Sequence record: LC788710.1
Length of the DNA: 64,000 nt
Reading direction: 5' to 3' (one strand)
From: Escherichia coli phage Wa28
A program made the translations under genes and the position numbers. This document shows positions 60,523 to 64,000 of this stretch, piece after piece. The notes under the pieces were generated by a model. That model made no database searches, was not told where the DNA came from, and saw only the letters and a list, made by a program, of their open reading frames with translations. Positions within the stretch are counted from its first letter, which is position 1, and each line of letters opens with the position of its first letter.

Positions 60523-60528
60523 ATTGTT

Positions 60529-60606
60529 TGGTCTCCGTGGGAGGATTTGAACCCCCGACCCTATCGCCCCAAACGAAACGCTCTAGCCAAACTGAGCTAC
60601 ACGGAG
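60529..60606 (-). tRNA. tRNA-Pro (anticodon TGG)
   Basis: cloverleaf; perfect acceptor; anticodon loop TTTGGGG (G37). Confidence 0.6.
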
Positions 60607-60638
60607 AATATTCTTTGTTAACTCACTTTATAAAATAT

Positions 60639-60667
60639 ATTATACAGAGAATTAAGCTAAATAGCAA
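60639..60667 (-). promoter_or_regulatory. T5-type sigma70 promoter (TTGCTA-17-TATAAT) upstream of tRNA-Pro
   Basis: conserved architecture. Confidence 0.6.
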
Positions 60668-60921
60668 CTACATTTTTTAATAAATTTACTTATTGCGTAG
60701 GCCACCTGGAGGGTTCAAGCCCCACGGCTGACAAAGAAGTTTGCGAGACTTCTCTTAAACGCCAGAATAGACCCGCCGATCTATCGGAACCTACTCAATA
60801 AGTAAACTTTCGTTTACCTACACCTACCTGGTCGGGAGGATTTTCAGCGACTAGAACCGGCCGGAAACTCATCGCCTTGTTTATCTAGGAGTCCGTTCTC
60901 TAGGAAGCAGAAACCTAAATT

Positions 60922-60995
60922 TGGTGCGGTCGGAGGGAATCGAACCCTCAACTTCTGGTTGGCAACCAAAAATTATACCTTTTAACTACGAACGC
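60922..60995 (-). tRNA. tRNA-Gly (anticodon GCC)
   Basis: cloverleaf; anticodon loop TTGCCAA. Confidence 0.55.
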
Positions 60996-61005
60996 ATAAT
61001 AAGTC

Positions 61006-61126
61006 AATCTAGGCAGGACTTGAACCTGCTATCACTTGTGCGGATTTACGAGAACCATTCTTTCACTCGAATCGAACGAGCTTCTACCCTCGGCAAGCTG
61101 GTGTCCCCTCTCCACCACGCTAGAAT
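61006..61126 (-). other. tRNA-like element (~121 nt) with perfect T-arm but no standard cloverleaf
   Basis: T-arm GCAGG-TTCAAGT-CCTGC at 61013-61029; acceptor-like pairing only to 61120-61126. Confidence 0.25.
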
Positions 61127-61208
61127 GATAATTAGTGCCTGCTCCTTTGAATCAAGAAGTCCACCCCGGACTTTGGGTCTTTGCAGTACATCACGCTGCT
61201 CTGATGTT

Positions 61209-61285
61209 TGGTACACCCACTAGGACTTGAACCTAGAACCTACCGCTTAAGAGGCGGTAGCTCTAACCAATTGAGCTATGGATGT
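61209..61285 (-). tRNA. tRNA-Lys (anticodon CTT)
   Basis: cloverleaf; D-arm GCTCAATTGGTTAGAGC; anticodon arm ACCGC-CTCTTAA-GCGGT. Confidence 0.65.
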
Positions 61286-61291
61286 ATAATT

Positions 61292-61366
61292 TGGCGGTAC
61301 TAAGGGTAATCGAAACCCTACCTCTCCCGTGACAGGGGAGTATCCTAACCGTTAGACTATAGTACC
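61292..61366 (-). tRNA. tRNA-Asp (anticodon GTC)
   Basis: cloverleaf; anticodon arm CTCCC-CTGTCAC-GGGAG; perfect acceptor. Confidence 0.65.
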
Positions 61367-61938
61367 TTTAACTTTTTAAGTTCTTTAGGATTGCCTCCTA
61401 AAGAAGTGTATCTTTTACGCAACCCATTATCTGAATAACTTAACTTTCTCCCTGCACCTGACCAGCCTAGCTCTCTTACTGTAACCTCGATTATTTCTTT
61501 AGTTATAGAGATATCTTTTGGTTTATGTGAAGAGCACTCCTGACATTTTTCAGCTTTTAAAGAAATAGCTTTACCACAATCCTTACAACAATTATCATGG
61601 TTTAGTTTACTAAATCCTTTATCTTTTAAAGTCTTTTCTAGATGCTGCTCTTTTGTGAGCACTTGTAAGTTATTAAGACCCCAATAAGTAATGTCTGTGT
61701 TAATATGGTCAACTTCTAGTTCAGAGTCTAGACTTGGTAATTTCTTAAATGCACATGCTAAAATCCTATGTACACCGGTATTTCTCTGTTGACCATTTTT
61801 ATGGAGACGTATAGATAAGTATCCGTAATTACTGGTTATTTGGGTTAGTATTTTGTTTGATTTGATACTAAATACTAACCCATCCAAACTTACTAAGTAC
61901 TCCTCAAACCCTGGAATGGGTAAGGATATTCCGTGCAT
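61357..61938 (-). CDS. HNH homing endonuclease
   Basis: 193 aa; GVHRILA...EVDHIN...NNLQVLTKEQH HNH motif plus C-terminal Cys cluster. Confidence 0.6.
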   Translation of the reverse strand: MHGISLPIPGFEEYLVSLDGLVFSIKSNKILTQITSNYGYLSIRLHKNGQQRNTGVHRILACAFKKLPSLDSELEVDHINTDITYWGLNNLQVLTKEQHLEKTLKDKGFSKLNHDNCCKDCGKAISLKAEKCQECSSHKPKDISITKEIIEVTVRELGWSGAGRKLSYSDNGLRKRYTSLGGNPKELKKLKVL

Positions 61939-61941
61939 AAT

Positions 61942-62127
61942 TTACTCAGTTTTGAGTTTTTCGATAGCTTCCTCAACCTCTTTTAGAGCTTCACGACGCT
62001 CTACTTGACCTTGAAGTTCTTCAAGAAGTTCAGCTTTCAGAGCCTTAATAATATTACCACGAACCTTAATATTATTAATCAGATTATCACGATCAGCTTC
62101 TAGTCGAGCAATTGCACGAGTTGTCAT
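61942..62127 (-). CDS. small coiled-coil protein
   Basis: 61 aa. Confidence 0.3.
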   Translation of the reverse strand: MTTRAIARLEADRDNLINNIKVRGNIIKALKAELLEELQGQVERREALKEVEEAIEKLKTE

Positions 62128-62230
62128 ATCTATTTCCTCAGTTGTTAATGAAAAATGGTATCTGTGACTGAATTCGATATCAGCAATGATAGCTGGTTGG
62201 CTACCGGTTTACTTAACTCTACACAGAATA

Positions 62231-62313
62231 TGGCGGGCCGTGTAGGATTCGAACCTACGTTGTCTTTCGACATGGATTAACAGTCCACCGCCAAACCGCT
62301 TGGCTAACGACCC
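62231..62313 (-). tRNA. tRNA-Asn (anticodon GTT) with unusually long 13-nt variable arm
   Basis: 83 nt; anticodon arm GGACTGTTAATCC; extra arm GTC-gaaa-GAC. Confidence 0.55.
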
Positions 62314-62320
62314 TAAAATT

Positions 62321-62396
62321 TGGACGACCGCATGAGATTCGAACTCACATAAGGAGGTTTTGCAGGCCTCCGCCTAAGCCATTCAGCCAACGGTCG
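62321..62396 (-). tRNA. tRNA-Cys (anticodon GCA)
   Basis: cloverleaf; anticodon loop CTGCAAA. Confidence 0.6.
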
Positions 62397-62574
62397 ATTT
62401 ATCTTGCTTTTCGAGATTAGTAAACTCTAGATCTTTAGAATGTCCTATAGATCTAGCATAATAGCCATCTCCAGCATCGTAGCCTGATTTACCGCACTCA
62501 CACATCTTAAACTCTCTATAATGAGTGAAAATATGTTCAGAACCACAACACTTAAATTTAACTAACATTTTCAT
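62383..62574 (-). CDS. small zinc-ribbon protein
   Basis: 63 aa; CCGSEH...CECGKS. Confidence 0.3.
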   Translation of the reverse strand: MKMLVKFKCCGSEHIFTHYREFKMCECGKSGYDAGDGYYARSIGHSKDLEFTNLEKQDKSTVG

Positions 62575-62813
62575 TTAACACGCTCCGGTAAATCTTCGAG
62601 TTTATATTGAGTAGCCACATTAGCAGCATCTAGTAACAAACCCATATGTTTAAGAATCCTAGTGATAGCCTCGCCTTCTGCTTCTTCTACAAAAGTGCGT
62701 AGTTGAATGAAGTCAATACCCCCATCCATACCAGAGAAAATGTTTAGTAAGCGAAGCATTACCAGCTTACGTTCTTTCAATTCTTGTTCTGTCATGTTGC
62801 TTCTCCAGTTCAA
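62571..62813 (-). CDS. hypothetical protein
   Basis: 80 aa; promoter upstream. Confidence 0.35.
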   Translation of the reverse strand: MNWRSNMTEQELKERKLVMLRLLNIFSGMDGGIDFIQLRTFVEEAEGEAITRILKHMGLLLDAANVATQYKLEDLPERVK

Positions 62814-62824
62814 TTTATGTAATA

Positions 62825-62853
62825 ATTATACAGAACTTTAAGCGGTTAAGCAA
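62825..62853 (-). promoter_or_regulatory. T5-type sigma70 promoter (TTGCTT-17-TATAAT)
   Basis: conserved architecture. Confidence 0.6.
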
Positions 62854-63124
62854 CTACATTTTTTAAGAATTTGATGCCTTTCTTTTTCTTCTTATATTTC
62901 CACGTTAACGGGTTCTGTCGATTATGAACGCTTGAGATCTTTGTCTCGTCAAAGTTCTTCAAAACCATGTAATCACAGGCCAACTGTTCTAGTGGGATGT
63001 GATCTCCATCAAAAGCATAAACATAAGGCTGTTGACTAGCACGATAATGATAGACTTTGTTAATTCTGCGTTTCAGTGACTTATCCGCACAGTAAATAAA
63101 GAAGTTTTCAGGATGCATCAGCAT
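62846..63124 (-). CDS. hypothetical protein
   Basis: 92 aa. Confidence 0.35.
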   Translation of the reverse strand: MLMHPENFFIYCADKSLKRRINKVYHYRASQQPYVYAFDGDHIPLEQLACDYMVLKNFDETKISSVHNRQNPLTWKYKKKKKGIKFLKNVVA

Positions 63125-63135
63125 CTCCTTAAAAT

Positions 63136-63210
63136 TGGTGCACCCTGTTCGTATCGAACGAACCTCTCAAGCTCTTCAGGCAAGCGCTAATCCATCTCAG
63201 CTAAAGGTGC
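63136..63210 (-). tRNA. tRNA-Phe (anticodon GAA), weak anticodon stem
   Basis: cloverleaf; anticodon loop CTGAAGA; two U-U mismatches in anticodon stem. Confidence 0.45.
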
Positions 63211-63216
63211 AAATAT

Positions 63217-63293
63217 TGGCAAACCTACTAGGACTCGAACCTAGACCGTACGGTTTTGGAGACCGACATGCTGTCCAGTAACACTCTAGGAAT
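63217..63293 (-). tRNA. tRNA-Trp (anticodon CCA), mismatched acceptor
   Basis: anticodon loop CTCCAAA and T-loop TTCGAGT as in enterobacterial tRNA-Trp; two U-U mismatches in acceptor. Confidence 0.45.
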
Positions 63294-63301
63294 GCAGAAA
63301 T

Positions 63302-63378
63302 TGGCGTCCTGTGCGGGGATCGAACCCGCAAACCCCACCTTGAAAGGGTGGTGACTTTACCAGTTTGTCTAACAGGAC
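63302..63378 (-). tRNA. tRNA-Glu (anticodon TTC)
   Basis: perfect acceptor; anticodon arm CCACC-CTTTCAA-GGTGG. Confidence 0.65.
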
Positions 63379-63860
63379 TTAAATTGTTTATTGGATAGAT
63401 TGTTAAACTCGGAAAGTATGTCGTCTACACTTCTGTCTAACACTACCCATTCATTAAGCCGTTCAGGAAAGCTATTATGAAGCATTTTCTCCGCTTCTCT
63501 AGCATTAAACCAAAATGACCAATGTATTAACTTATAATCACGTAAGGGAGAATAAGTTTGGTAATTTCCTAATCTTGTTTTAGGATCAGAAGACATACCA
63601 ATTTTTACATAGTTATCCCACGCTGGGTTAGTTATTGCATAAATAAAACCACAGCTGGATTTTTCTCCAATACTTTTGTTATACTTGATAAAAGATAGGG
63701 CAGATAACTTCAAGCTATATCGACGATTACTATCGCGACCAAAGTTAGCTGTACCAAATGTGAGGCTTTCTAATATTAGATCTTTGTTTATATCGGCGGG
63801 TGAACCCAACTGTATAATACCTCTATTTGCAGCTTCTTGAATTATCCGATCAATATACAT
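63369..63860 (-). CDS. T5orf172-domain (GIY-YIG-like) putative homing endonuclease
   Basis: 163 aa; FIYAITNPAWDNYVKIGMS...YQTYSP motif; paralog of 59796-60269. Confidence 0.55.
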   Translation of the reverse strand: MYIDRIIQEAANRGIIQLGSPADINKDLILESLTFGTANFGRDSNRRYSLKLSALSFIKYNKSIGEKSSCGFIYAITNPAWDNYVKIGMSSDPKTRLGNYQTYSPLRDYKLIHWSFWFNAREAEKMLHNSFPERLNEWVVLDRSVDDILSEFNNLSNKQFKSC

Positions 63861-63877
63861 ATCCTTTACCTTTAATT

Positions 63878-63965
63878 TGGTGGGCGTTAATGGAGTCGAA
63901 CCACTCGAGTCGCAATGACCAGGGATTTACAATCCCCTCCGCTACCACTTACGGAATAAACGCCC
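63878..63965 (-). tRNA. tRNA-Tyr (anticodon GTA), class II
   Basis: 88 nt; perfect acceptor; anticodon loop TTGTAAA. Confidence 0.6.
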
Positions 63966-64000
63966 ATATTTAGAAGTATTCAAATACTTGTTTAAACACT

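Noticed and set aside
60690-60910. Possible plus-strand tRNA suggested by GGGTTCAAGCCCC
   Set aside because: No complementary acceptor strand or anticodon arm could be folded; all neighbouring tRNAs are on the minus strand. Left as unexplained spacer.
55800-63965. tRNA genes as attachment sites of an integrated element; searched for integrase or excisionase
   Set aside because: No integrase, recombinase or repressor-like ORF was found anywhere in the window. The tRNAs form a dense phage-encoded cluster typical of large lytic phages rather than a single host tRNA with an adjacent integrase.

Overview
Read by eye, without tools, this window looks like a T5-like siphophage (Demerecviridae-type) genome segment in three blocks. 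(1) 0.2-25.9 kb: late structural module on the minus strand, running tail fiber, baseplate proteins, tape measure, tail tube, major capsid, protease, portal, HNH, large terminase, receptor-binding protein, with a divergent llp-like lipoprotein gene. (2) 26-37.6 kb: a pre-early module with dmp, A1 and A2 on the minus strand, an opposite-strand block of 8 small genes flanked by ~110-bp inverted repeats carrying DnaA boxes and LexA-box-like palindromes, and a repeat-dense boundary (GTGCRAATCCGAYA array, AT-rich hairpins, TTYCTAGRAA palindromes) that I interpret as an injection-stop-signal-like region. The assembly appears to carry one collapsed copy of the terminal repeat. (3) 37.6-64 kb: early region on the minus strand with at least 10 copies of a T5-type sigma70 promoter (TTGCTW-17 bp-TATAAT), holin and L-Ala-D-Glu endolysin, Ser/Thr phosphatase, dNMP kinase, ClpP-like protease, a GrcA-like glycyl radical cofactor, and a cluster of about 26 tRNA genes interleaved with T5orf172-type and HNH homing endonucleases. 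The most interesting unexplained signals are a promoter-driven ~230-nt structured RNA candidate inside the tRNA cluster, several atypical tRNAs, the IR-flanked block with SOS-box-like palindromes, and a GC-rich membrane-protein islet beside llp. All protein calls rest on motifs, sizes and synteny recalled from memory, and tRNA boundaries are hand-folded, so coordinates may be off by a few nt.
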